In this document: positions 39,499 through 50,282 of the stretch, one piece after another
Position numbering within the stretch: position 1 is the stretch's first letter
Layout: each line of letters opens with the position of its first letter
From: Pristiophorus japonicus
Taxonomy: Eukaryota
Assembly: GCF_044704955.1 (NCBI RefSeq)
Contig: NC_091990.1
Coordinates: 28,210,001-28,274,000, forward strand
Reading direction: 5' to 3'
DNA length: 64,000 bases
Made by a program: the position numbers and the translations under genes
The notes under the pieces: model-generated
The model's database searches: none
Told to the model about the DNA's origin: nothing
The model's input: the letters and a program-made list of their open reading frames with translations, nothing else

Positions 39499-39671
39499 CT
39501 TGTTGTACACATGAACAGTTTTACTCTTATGTACAGTAAGAGTGCTCTGCCCTTCAGACACTTCTGTTCTCTGCAGTACTTGTATTCTGGGCGGTGTTAG
39601 GACCCTTCAATCCATGCAATAGCTGAGGGCTCCAAACCAGACAATGGCCCCGAGCAGATCCAGTAATGTTT
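39499..39671 (-). other. Candidate exon (possible spliced cytoplasmic-tail or 3' exon of copy B); paralog at 55716-55888
   Basis: attcag acceptor and consensus AAG|gtgagt donor, followed by a short intron ending tttcctttgctctccag; open for 38 codons in the phase of the TM-exon donor CAG|gtatat. Confidence 0.4.
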
Positions 39672-40339
39672 CTGAATTGAGGTAAATCAATCTATTTTAT
39701 ATTATTTATTGCAAACATGCCTTTTCACCATGGTGCATGTGTAAATTTGAGCCCAGATTAAATAGGTATTATTTAGTATCATTATCCAGTAAATGTAAAG
39801 CCCCCAAACTGAACTTTAGCACGGGTAGCTGCAAGGCAGTGGCTGCTCCTGGTTGTATTCCATTCCAGCAGCCTTTATACTCTGCCAGTCCTCTTCATAT
39901 CAACCAGTCTGAAGCAGCTGGCTGCAACCCAACGATAAAGCTGACACTTTCACTCTGTCCAGAGACTCTGTAAAAAGCAGCTCTAAACCCTGCCACTGGA
40001 CGGAGCAAATTCTGGCAGGTTGTCTTTGGTTGCAGCTGGCCACATGGGGACAGGCACTTGTTGCAGAGTCTAAAAGCTGCATGAGTAGTTATCTTACAAT
40101 GTGCTTGTATCTTCCATTGTGCCAGTGTTAAAATCTAGCCGGCAGTTTACATCATTCCTGACAGCAGGTTGGTCTTTATAACGTTGCTACGCATAGCCAC
40201 CCCAATTTGAAGAGCAGCGTTGTAAACTGAGCTGGATGGTGCCTCCAGAGCAGCCCAAACTTAACGCAAGAGGTGGTTTTCACCGGAATTGATGTAGACG
40301 TTCTGCTTTATTGTGCAGCACAAGAACAACAGAAATACA

Positions 40340-40910
40340 ACTGCATATGCAAGACCAGGAGAGATGCCTGAGGTGGAGCAGAGGGAGAAGCATTGCAAGA
40401 GATATGTTGCCTATGTGAGGAAAGGTTGGAGTAGCACTATGTAAAGGAAATGCCACAGAAGTTGTCCATGGAGAGGAGACGGCAGAGAAATATGGTGTGA
40501 TCAACTGCATTGAAAACTGTGGCGAGGTCAAGGCGAGGTCAAGGCAAGATAATGTTGGTGATTTTGACCAGTGTGGTCCCCATCCTGTGCTGGGATACAA
40601 TACAAACTGAAGGGATGGGAAGATGGAGGGTAAGAAGAAGTGAGCATGGAGGTGGGTGACAATGACACAGTTGTTGAGCTTGGAGAGAAAGGGGAGGTCA
40701 GAGATGGAGCAATAGATGAGTGGGGTAGGAAGCAATGCCCCAGGAAACGGAGCAATTGACAAGGCCAGCAAACAGGTCACCACGGAAAGGTAGTTAAGTG
40801 CATTGATCAATATAGGGGAGATGACACAAAGTATTGAGGCTGAGGGCATTGAGACAAGGAAATGGTCAGAGATGTCCTTGTTGGTAATTGACATTGTGGC
40901 TATGGTGAGA
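40340..40910 (-). mobile_element. Old L2-type LINE fragments (paralog 56560-57110)
   Basis: ISDHFLVS (EN end) and LDLTTVFNAVDHTIFL (RT) remnants. Confidence 0.65.
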
Positions 40911-41942
40911 GCAAGTGTGTTGTGGTGAGTTCAGGGTGAGTTTTTTCCTTGGACTTGGAATGTGGGCAACATTGGCGAGGCTGTATTTATTGCCCATCCC
41001 AAGTTATCCTGAAGGTATTGAAGCTCAACCACATAATGTGGGACTGGAGTCACATGTGGACCAGAACAGTTGGTGTTTTACAACAATCCGAAAGCTTTAA
41101 TAGCCACTTTTCTGCTGCTAGCCCCATAGTATTAAATTTTCATCAAATTCAATTTCACAATTCGCCATGTAGGGTTTTCACTCAAAACCTTTGGATTGCT
41201 GATCTGGTGCCATAACCGCGAGGCTACTCTAATAAAGGCAGAGGGCAGAGACGTTGGTGGAAGGGGACAAGGGAATTTAGCTGTGAGTGGAATTAACTAG
41301 TTCCCATGTGAATCCTCTTGTTATGGCACTGATTCACTTTTACAAGATGTCTTATTACCTAGAGGTGAAAACATTGAGATTTGGGAAGGTTATCGACACG
41401 ATGAACAAAATATTGCCCTCCACAGTTTACATTCCAGCACTGAAATACTTTCCATCTATAAAAGCTAATGTAAATCAGCTTGATCTCCTTCTCTGGCTGG
41501 GTGTCAATTTTTTTCTGGCTACGCTTGTTTAATGTACCTTGGACATTTTGCTACATTAAGGGTGTTATAAATGCCAGATGGGGCCAGACAAGAAAATCGT
41601 CCCAATCACACTTCTATACTCTATTCCCGCTTCACTTCATTCACTTTTGTTCCATCCAATTATCGTCTGATCTTGAATGTTGACAAAGTGCCTGCTTCAA
41701 ACCTCAATTCTGAAAGTGAATTCCACTCCACAAAACTGTGTGGAGAAAGAAGTTTCTCACGTTTCCTGTTCTAAATCTCATATTTAATCTTGTATCTATG
41801 GCCTCGTTCTTTATTTCCTCAGCTACTGAGACAGCCTTTTTTCTTCTTTCTCAAACTTTCAGTCCTTGTCTTTGTATCTGTTTTTCTTCACTCTTTCCTT
41901 CTCCTGGTTTTCACCCAAGCGGCCCAAGTTTGAAGTTTAGAG

Positions 41943-42408
41943 TCAGTCGTGGCTCAGTGGGTAGCACATTCGCTTCAGAGTCAGAAGGTTGTGGGTCCAA
42001 GTCCCTATCCAGAGACTTGAGCACAAAAAGCTTGGCTGGCACTCCAGTGCAGTGCTGAAGGAGTGCTGCACTGTCAGAGGTGCAGTCTTTTGGATCAGAT
42101 GTTAAACTGAGGTTAGGGTTAGGGGTTAGGGTTAGACCTGTCTGCTCTCAGGTGGATGTAAAAGATCCCATGGCAATATTTCAAAGAAGAGCAGGGGAGT
42201 TATCCATGGTGTCCTGGCCAATATTTATCCCTCAATCAACATTAAAAAAAACAAATGATCTGGTCATTATCAAATTGCTGTTTGTGGGAGCTTGTTGTGC
42301 TCAAATTGGCTGCCATGTTTCACTGCACTCCAAAAGTACTTCATAGGCTGTAAAGCGCTTTGAGACATCTGGTGGTCGTGAAAGGCGCTATATAAATGCA
42401 CGTCTCTT
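41943..42408 (+). mobile_element. tRNA-derived SINE (SacSINE1/DeuSINE-like)
   Basis: A box tggctcagtggg, B-box-like ggtccaagtcc, central gagcaggggagtt...cctggccaatatttatccctca, L2-like tail gaaaggcgctatataaatgca. Confidence 0.8.
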
Positions 42409-43829
42409 TGACCAAGTTTTTAGTCATCCTTCCTAACATCTCCTTCTCTGATTTAGTGTCAATTCTCTTCTGATTTCACTTTTTAAACTGTCTTTAATGT
42501 TTTTCTACATTAAAGGTGTTATATAAATGCTACGTGTTGATGATGTTGTTTACCCTCCATAGCAGCAAATAGTCCCATTCACACTTACACACCCTAGTCC
42601 CAAATATCCAAACTAATCTTCAAATGTTGACATGGCCTCAACCCCTAATCCTGAAAGTGAATTCCACTCCACACCCTGTGTGTAAAGAAGTTTCTCAAGT
42701 TCTTTGTTCAATATCTCATACATTTATTCTTGTATCTATGGCCCCTTGTTTTGGAGTCGTTAACTACTGACATAGCTTTCTATCTCAAAATTTCACTCCT
42801 CGTCTCTGTAGCTGTTTTTTCCCTCACTCTTTCTTTCTCCTCTGCAAGTGTCTCCTTCCCTCTGTTTCCGAATTTTCCTCTATGTCCTTCACTCTGCGTG
42901 AATTTTATTTCTGTTCTTTTGTCTCGCACTCTCTCTTTCTATCTTCATGTCTATCACTGTCTCCTCTTTCCTTTACCTCCAGTACTGTCCTAGAGCCAGA
43001 CCTGGGGCTCCAAATCTCCATATAGCCACAGAAATGACCTCATCTGTGATGGGAGGGGGAAGAGCTTGCAGCTGGCAAGGAATGGGATGGATGTTCAATC
43101 ATGGCCCGAGATAGAGGGAGCTGTGATGGGAGCATCTGTGCATGCTGGGACAGGCACTGTAGTGGAGGTCCCATGAAAACATAAAACATTTCTCTGACTG
43201 TTCCTCCCACTACCCTCCACACCCCCTCCCCCTCACCACCACCACACCTTCCCCTGGCGTATGCCAGCTGCATTTTCTTGGCAGTCCTTGAGCAGTATGA
43301 TTGATGCACTGGGTTGTGCCAGAATATATATTCAATGCGCTGCCCTCGCATTATTGAATGAGAACAGCTGAGTGTGCACAAGTACACGTGGTGCCTGAGG
43401 GGAGTGCTCCCAACAATGCAGTACCGGGCCAGCACTGTTGAGACCAGTGATATTCTACAACCTCAATTCATGCGAGAATGGTGGAACATTAAATACCAAA
43501 CCAGAGTCATACATACTTGATTGCTGTGTTTAATTCAGAAATAAATAAGTCAGTGAAACATAAGGAGTAGGAATGACAATAGAAAACAGATTAGACAAAT
43601 ACTCAGGGTGCAGGGAAACATTTGCAAACATACAACACAGCCAGCATCTAGAAATTGTCGGTTGGCTACTACAGCACTTTTTTCAATTATTAATAGGTTT
43701 AGAACACAACCAGTCATCAAACACTCCCCTTCCTCTTATTCTCATGTAGTTACAGATAGCTCCGTCAACTGACCAGTTAGATAATCTCTCTCACTGAATA
43801 TTACAAACATCTCCTTATCAGCTCAAGTT

Positions 43830-43970
43830 CATATGGATCACTCAGTATGAATACAGGTGGATCTCTCGATGAGATTGCATGTGGATCACGGTATGATACC
43901 AAGTGTATCTCTCGATGAGATTACATGTGGATCACTCGATAACATTGCATGTGGATCATTCATCCATATT
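43830..43970. repeat. Degenerate ~24-bp tandem repeat (ggatcactc... core); paralogs at 18901-19015 and 59100-60745 (split by CR1)
   Basis: ggatc(a/t)ctc motif recurring at ~24-nt spacing. Confidence 0.6.
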
Positions 43971-44111
43971 CCAACCATTCAGACTCATTCATTGGAACAA
44001 AGAGCACTCACAGAATATCCATTTGTACCCAAACACCCCAAATCGAGACTCACACTCCAGCAGAGAATTGGTTACAACAACCATCGGGAAAATTTGAGAT
44101 CCAAAGTCATC

Positions 44112-44194
44112 TCATGGCGGACCTGATTTAATGTATTCGATTTTCATTGGTTTAATATACCTGTGTTTATGTAACATGACAGCAAGTACTATTA

Positions 44195-44228
<34 letters not shown>

Positions 44229-44305
44229 GAGTATAGTCCCCAGAATCCAACTTGTGAGGGCTGTATAATAATTGCAGGAAAGTTCTTGGTTCCAGATAGA
44301 ATTTT
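44112..44305 (-). CDS. Copy B stalk/TM/cytoplasmic exon (alternative donor possible at 44161)
   Basis: ENSIWNQELSCNYYTALTSWILGTIL(I)10TIIVLAVMLHKHRYIKPMKIEYIKSGPP*. Confidence 0.85.
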
Positions 44306-47300
44306 CTGAAATTAGAAAATAATAAAGGAAAAAATCTTTTATTCATTGAATAAAAAGAATCAAAAATAGAAGCAGCACAAAAAATATCACAAGTAGGTTC
44401 TATTCAAATGCGACTGAGTTTCTGGTGGGTGGAATTGACTAAAATGATGAGCATTGGCAAATTACTGAATCCTCAACTTAAATGTACTAACGATGAAAAT
44501 TGTGTGAATTGAATGTGTTTCCTATAGATTAATTTTCTTAAAATAATAAATCAATGACTCAGTCATTATTATGAAAAATGAAAGTCTAGCTCCTCCAGTG
44601 GCTCAGTGAGTCTCTGCAGTAAGTAGCTGAGTCAGGCAGTCTCACATTCAATATATGCTGAATTAGCGGATAACAGCTGGGACAGCGGTACGGATGTGAC
44701 AATTGGTCTTAATGCTCGAGGGTTATCAGTGAGCCATTCTAAAACTGCACCTTTGTGATGAGGATAGGATCAGGTACAGCTCTGATGCACCATTGATAAT
44801 CCTCCTGGTAAAAACTACTATTAATGTTCCCACATAAATAATAACCAGCCTGAATGTGGGAGTGGCCTGGTACCTTCAAGAGAGATGGAGAAGAAGAAAA
44901 TTGGTGAGGGAAAAAAAGGCAAGGTCTTACCTGGAATAAGAAAACTAAGTGTCCTGGAGGTAGTTTGATTGACAGCAGCATTTCGTAACACAAATGTATA
45001 GTTTGATCTCCTTTCCGTGACATTGATTTCGATAGTGCTTTGGACTGTGTACAGACTGTCGGCAGTTTGCTGGTGTGAAGATTTGGACAAAAGGGAATTA
45101 TCCAGGTCGTCTCCGTTGTACCAAGAAACATCAGCCTTCGGGTACCCTCGAGACTCGAACGTTAAAATGGTGCTGGACAGTTTCTGGTTGATCAACAGCA
45201 TCGGCTCATTGTAGTATGCTGCAAAATTAAAACAATCAATCATTCAGTCTTGCCTCTTCAGTCATAAATGTTACACTGCCATTGCTGAAGACCTTTGGTA
45301 AATGCTTGGTCTACATTGCAGAAAAATACATGAACTAATAAAATGATTATAAAGTTGCTGGTTACCACCTGTCACTTATTTGCTTGAAGTACAAGGGGTG
45401 CAGCACGGAGAGCTGGGGGTCAAGTGCGTACTTGATATTTGAGTTCTGCACAGGTTGAGCATCCTCAGAAGAGGAAAAAATGATTTGATCACAATCTCAC
45501 TTCATCATGGGCAGATTAGCCTGACCCTTACCCCAGGGAACATCTATACTCCGGGCACAAAGATTATAAAAGGGTTTAAAGCCAATTACGCCAAGCATCC
45601 ACCTCCTTTAGACTGCCCTGGGATTTCCTGGGATTGCTCCAAAGGCGGAGTAGGACCTGTGCCAGCAAGAGGCGCAGTCACTGTGCTCACTCAAATGAGG
45701 TGGAAGGGACATTCCTGGCCTCCTACTGGATAGATCTCCCTTTGCAACCCAGGGGCATCCAGATGTAGAGGTACCCCAAGAAGCTGAAGGTGGGCCCTGT
45801 GTTCTGTACCCAATTGGGTCAGTGGGTGTGAGGGGACATGGCAGTAAAGCAAAGAGAAACCGAAAGGTATCTGAAAGTTTTTTTTTAAACTACGACTTAT
45901 TAGATCGTCTGCCATTCAGGCAACTGTTCTCCAACTGACATTTCCTGAATCAAGGCCCGGTAAGGAGTACTAGGGCTGTGACCGGACCATATTCAAATGG
46001 AGCTCGAACTTCAGAGAGGGGGCCCGGTAAATCAGCCTCGAGTGCTATTGTGAGGCATCATAAAACTAAATGTTCCAATACAGTGAATCTCCTCCAAATT
46101 TTATCCAGTGATTCAGGCAATTTGAGAAATGTTCCAACAGCACGAGATTAAATAATGGGCTATATTAGCTCGATCCCACAGTGTGCCTAATAAAACTTAA
46201 TGAGAAGAAGTTTACAGTACATGGCCTGTTACCCGTTCACTGTGAATAGAGGGAGAGGATGAATCCCAGGCTACATTGCCGTAGCATGAGTCAGCAACTT
46301 CAGGTAAGATGGGGAACTAAGATAAGAGAAATATGTTCAGTATATTTACCTGCAAATTTGAGAGAGACTACTCCTTTCTCATGCCCAATTGTAGTACTGA
46401 CATAACACTGGTACAGTCCAGTGTCCTCTGGTCTTACTGCTTCCAATTTCAGTGAAGCATTTCCATTTTGAAACTCCTGTGGGAATAGACTTGTTCTGCC
46501 TGAATATTGAGGATGCTGCTTGCTGAACTGGTCTTCTCCATAATAATAACTGTGGACAACCTCATCGGTCTCGACACGCTGCCAGGTGACAATGAGATTC
46601 TCCACAGTTGGTCCTCTAGTCACAGTGAAACTGCATCCTAGCACAGCAATTTGGCCATGGATAGCTGTCACTGGTCCCTTAATCATCCTGACTTCAAATC
46701 CTTCTGCGAGTTAAAAGGAGGAAGAATAAAATGTTAGAAATGTGGTAAAAAACCCACAGAAAATGCTAATAGAATCCTCAGCAGGTCAGTCAATATCTGT
46801 GCTCAGAAATGCTCACAGTACTCCCGGTGTGGTCTAAGCAGGTCTCTGTATAGCTGCAGCTTAACTTCGACCATCTTGTATTCTAGTCTTCTAGATATAA
46901 AGGCCAGCACTCCATTAGCCTTTTGATTATTTTTTTCGAACTGTTCATGGTATTTTAATAATCTATGTACCTGCTCCAATTAGTTTGCAAAAGAATGACT
47001 TACATTTATTTAGTGCCTTTCATGAACACCAGACATTTCAAAGCACTTGAGAGCCAGTAAGTACTTGGAGTGTAGTCACTGTTGTAATGTGGGAAATGCA
47101 GCAGCCAATTTGCACACAGCAAGCTCCCACAAACACCAACGTGATAATGGCCAGAAAAACAGTTTGTTTTATGTCGATTGAGGGTTAAATATTGGCCAGG
47201 ACATCGGGGATAACTCCCGTGCCTTCCTTCAAAATTGTGCCATGGGATCTTTTAAATCAACCTGAGAGAGCAGACAGGGCCTCAGTTTAACATCTCTCCC

Positions 47301-47859
47301 ATAGTGCAGCACTCCCTCAGCACTGTAGTGTCAGCCTAGATTTATGTGCTCAAGCCTCTGGAGTGGGACTTGAACCCACACCTTCAGACGACAAAGGCAA
47401 GCATGCTACCCACTGAGCCACAGCTGTAGATACTGCTGATGTTCTGATGGAGGATTTATTCACCAATGATGTAAAACTACTTATCCTAACTCATTCCAAA
47501 CAACCAGCCTCACAAAATTCAAACAGGTCAAACCTGCAAGTAAGAAATGAGAATGGCTAAAGAACGCAGTGGACTGCATCGTGAATGGTTAGAGGTGAAT
47601 AAGGTTTAACGGGCCATAATTCACACCCTGTGTTTACCCATAGGACCAATCACCTCCTCGATTGTTTGGTTATAAATGAAAAACTGATTTTAAAGCTGCC
47701 AGTTATAAAAATAATAATTCTGCACAAATATTGAACCGTAACAAAAAACAAATGCAGAACATCACACTGAATTCCTTGAAATTAAGTTAGTTATGACTTA
47801 CGACCAACTATGAGTTGTCCCCACAGCACAAGAATATGGAACTCAGATTTCAATCTCAT
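44112..47859 (-). CDS. B7-family IgV-IgC type I membrane protein, copy B (HHLA2/CD276/VTCN1-like), ~297 aa; exons 47859-47802, 46703-46350, 45218-44931, 44305-44112
   Basis: All junctions GT-AG and phase 1; 58+354+288+194=894 nt open frame. Leader MRLKSEFHILVLWGQLIVG; IgV with B7-type VHSYYYG..Q..Y.GRTSLF...GNASL; IgC-like GYPKADVSW; hydrophobic TM followed by HKHR. Confidence 0.88.
44931..45218 (-). CDS. Copy B IgC-like exon (no cysteines)
   Basis: 288 nt; ttttgcag|CA acceptor; CCAG|gtaaga donor; AYYNEP...ILTFESRGYPKADVSWY...YTVQSTI...NYTFVLRN. Confidence 0.9.
46350..46703 (-). CDS. Copy B IgV exon
   Basis: 354 nt, phase 1-1, canonical C, W and DxGxYxC. Confidence 0.93.
46990..47425 (-). 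mobile_element. tRNA-derived SINE, same family as 41943-42408 (paralog 63750-64000)
   Basis: Reverse-complement A box (cccactgagccac), B box (ggacttgaacc) and central Deu-like core. Confidence 0.8.
47802..47859 (-). CDS. Copy B signal-peptide exon (coding part)
   Basis: ATG...GGT C|gtaagt; acceptor tttctttcttttaag at 47871; homologous to 25298-25376. Confidence 0.8.
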
Positions 47860-48669
47860 CACTCTCTCTCCTTAAAAGAAAGAAATACAAGATATGTAAA
47901 TAAACATGGTCATTATTAAATGAATTACTATACATCAATAAACAAGAATTTGCCCACGTGGTCATTCTACATGTGCGAGCCCAGAGAGTGAATGTTGGCC
48001 GGCTATTCGACAACGGAAGGCACCGCAGTCTAGTCTGACACTGCCCTCACTCGCTGCTCAGAAGGCAAACTCTCAGCAAGTTATTGTGGAGCGATCAGGG
48101 CAGGCTGGATCATTTAACAGGGAGAAGTTTTACATCTACAATGCAGTAACAGATAGTCACACTTGCAGGTGTTGGATGTGCTGGTGGGGAAGGGGCGGCT
48201 TCAACCAGCGCCATTTGCCCATTCAGCCCCGGCCCACTGGGGGCTGGAGAGATCGCTGACGGCGCTCGCAGAGCCCGGGACCTGGCCGCAACTTTGAAAC
48301 TTGTGTCGGGGCCACCGGGCTATTCCCGACAAGCGGCCGCTCCCACTCTGTCACCTCAATGTACCGGGAGACCGGGGGACACAACAAGGCTGGGGAAGAA
48401 GGGGACATCTCCTCTCATCTCCTCACCCTCACCCTCACTCTTTACTCTCACTCTCACTCGCCTCGGAACACCGCCCTGCATGAAACCACAAAGCTGCAAT
48501 GAGGGAATCACGGCCGAAGCTGTATTTATGGCCTCTCTTGACGCAAGCATTCCAATAAAACGGAAATGACATATCCCTGACAACGGGAACCACAGCAAAC
48601 TTAATAAAGCAAAGCTAATAATTACACGGAGGAAAAGGTTGGAAGTCATAAAGAAAAAAATGAAAAGCG

Positions 48670-49007
48670 ATGAATACTTGCAGTTACATAACGCCTTACC
48701 AAATACCAAACGACCCAAAGAGTTTCACAGTCAGCCAATTTTGTGCACAGCAAGATCCCACAAATAGCAACGGGGTAATGATCAGAATCTGTTTCAGTGA
48801 TGTTGATTGAGGGTTAAATATTGGCCAGGACACCGGGGATAACGCCCATCCCCACTCTGCTTTGAAATAGTGACATGCGATCTTTCACGTCCGCCTGAGA
48901 GTGTAGGCGGAAACTCGGTTGGCACCTCTGACAGTGCAGCACTCCCTCAGTACCGCACTGGATTGTCAACCTAGATTTTTGTGCTCAAGTTTCTGGAGTG
49001 GGACTTA
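48670..49007 (-). mobile_element. Partial SINE, same family
   Basis: gttgattgagggttaaatattggccaggacaccgggga and gtgcagcactccctcagt cores. Confidence 0.7.
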
Positions 49008-50282
49008 GATCGGGAGGGCGGGGGTGGGGGGGTGAAATTAATTACTGCCCCGTTTAGGGGGCGTGAAACTTTGCGGCAGGTGCGCAGGTCCCGCCCGGTT
49101 TCCGCCCCGCCCCCGGAGGGAAGTGGAGCGTGTGATTTGGGGCAGTAACGGGGCCGAGCGGCTCAGCAGCACAACGCAGTCCGAGAGGCTCCTCCCTCAA
49201 TTAAAGGGAAAGGCCCACGCTGCCGACTCTGCAGAAGAAGGTGGCACCTACATGGATCGCCAGGGACCAAGTGCCAGACTGTGCGATCGCGGCCACAGTC
49301 CCGCGTCGAAACCACATCAGGAATGGCAACGAAAAGGTGATTTTTGTTTCAGCACTCGGCCATCTCCCCTTTAATCTTCGCCCCGGTAGCGGCCGGCCGG
49401 CCGGCCGATACGTGTCCTCTGAAGCTGATGCTGTTATCGCCCCGATCTGCTTCAGCGGGCGGAAGCCAATTTCGGGACCGGGGCGCTAACAGGCCGGTAC
49501 CCACGCCGAAGACGTCACGATCTCCGGGCACGGGAGATCGGGGAGCACCGTAACATTGCCGCTACCTCCTGCCCAAGGTGGCGGGTCTTGTTGCCAGCGG
49601 ATTCCCCACTCAGGCCTGAGTTAAAATTACAGTCGGGCTTCAATTATGTCATTGGGACGCAACATGCATGTGTAAAGAAGGACCCTGTTGGTTCCGGGCG
49701 CCTGTCCTTGCTGCCTGCTCAGGAGAGCAGGTTAAAATTGCAGATGTTGCTATCATGGCTGCTTTCAGACAGGTAAGAGCCAGGACAACTTTAAGTGCCC
49801 ACCCGCCAGTTGTCTGCTGTGCGAATATGGTTAAAATCGCCCCCAATATATTTGAAGACTATGTTATAATCAATATAGCTGCTGAATGAGTTGCAAGGAG
49901 ATTGCCTGTAAAATCACAGGGGGATGAAGGAAAAAGTTATTATTTTTTATCTTGTGTCTTCATATCTTCACTTGCTAGCTCCTTCTGTTTCATGACTACC
50001 TTGTGAGTTTTTTTGAGTGGGCTTGAGCCCCACTCAGAGATTTGAACCCATAATCGAATCAGACATTTCAGTGTCGCACTGAAGGAATGCTACAATGTTG
50101 AAAGTGGTCATTCAGGTGCCTTGTTAGATTGACGCTCAATCTGCCCTCTCAGGTGAATGTAAAAGATTCCATGGCACAATTAAAAAAAGAGCAGGGAAGT
50201 TCTCCTGGTACCCTGGCCAACGTTCCTGTCTCAACCAACAACACCAAGATCAGGTTATCTGGCCATTCATTCATTTCACGAG

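Larger units (their letters stand above)
36795..50190. repeat. Recent segmental duplication, unit 1 (unit 2 = ~50190-64000+)
   Basis: Near-identical colinear sequence; offset 13392 at the start, rising to 16757 after two CR1 insertions and a 941-bp deletion in unit 2. Confidence 0.92.

Noticed and set aside
39870-39885. TATA box (minus-strand GTATAAAG) as the B7 promoter
   Set aside because: A single short motif, far from any leader exon, with no supporting evidence.
41943-42015. tRNA gene
   Set aside because: tRNA-like SINE head with degenerate B box, continuing into SINE body and tail.
43857-44126. Plus-strand ORF (…IPTIQTHSLEQRALTEYPF…) present in all three units
   Set aside because: Shared because of duplication; starts differ, there is a frameshift in the 24-bp repeat part, and a CR1 interrupts one copy. 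No recognisable domain.
44112-44160. ITIM/ITSM in the tail (RYIKPM, IEYIKS)
   Set aside because: The Tyr+3 residues are P and S, not L/V/I, so neither consensus is met.
46300-46349. ORF extension GKYTEHISLILVPHLT* after IgV as a C-terminus
   Set aside because: Intron read-through past a good GT donor; the ORF-track Met (MIKGP) is also internal to the exon.
44112-47859. Assigning a gene symbol (CD276, HHLA2 or VTCN1)
   Set aside because: Family membership is clear, but orthology needs phylogeny and synteny.
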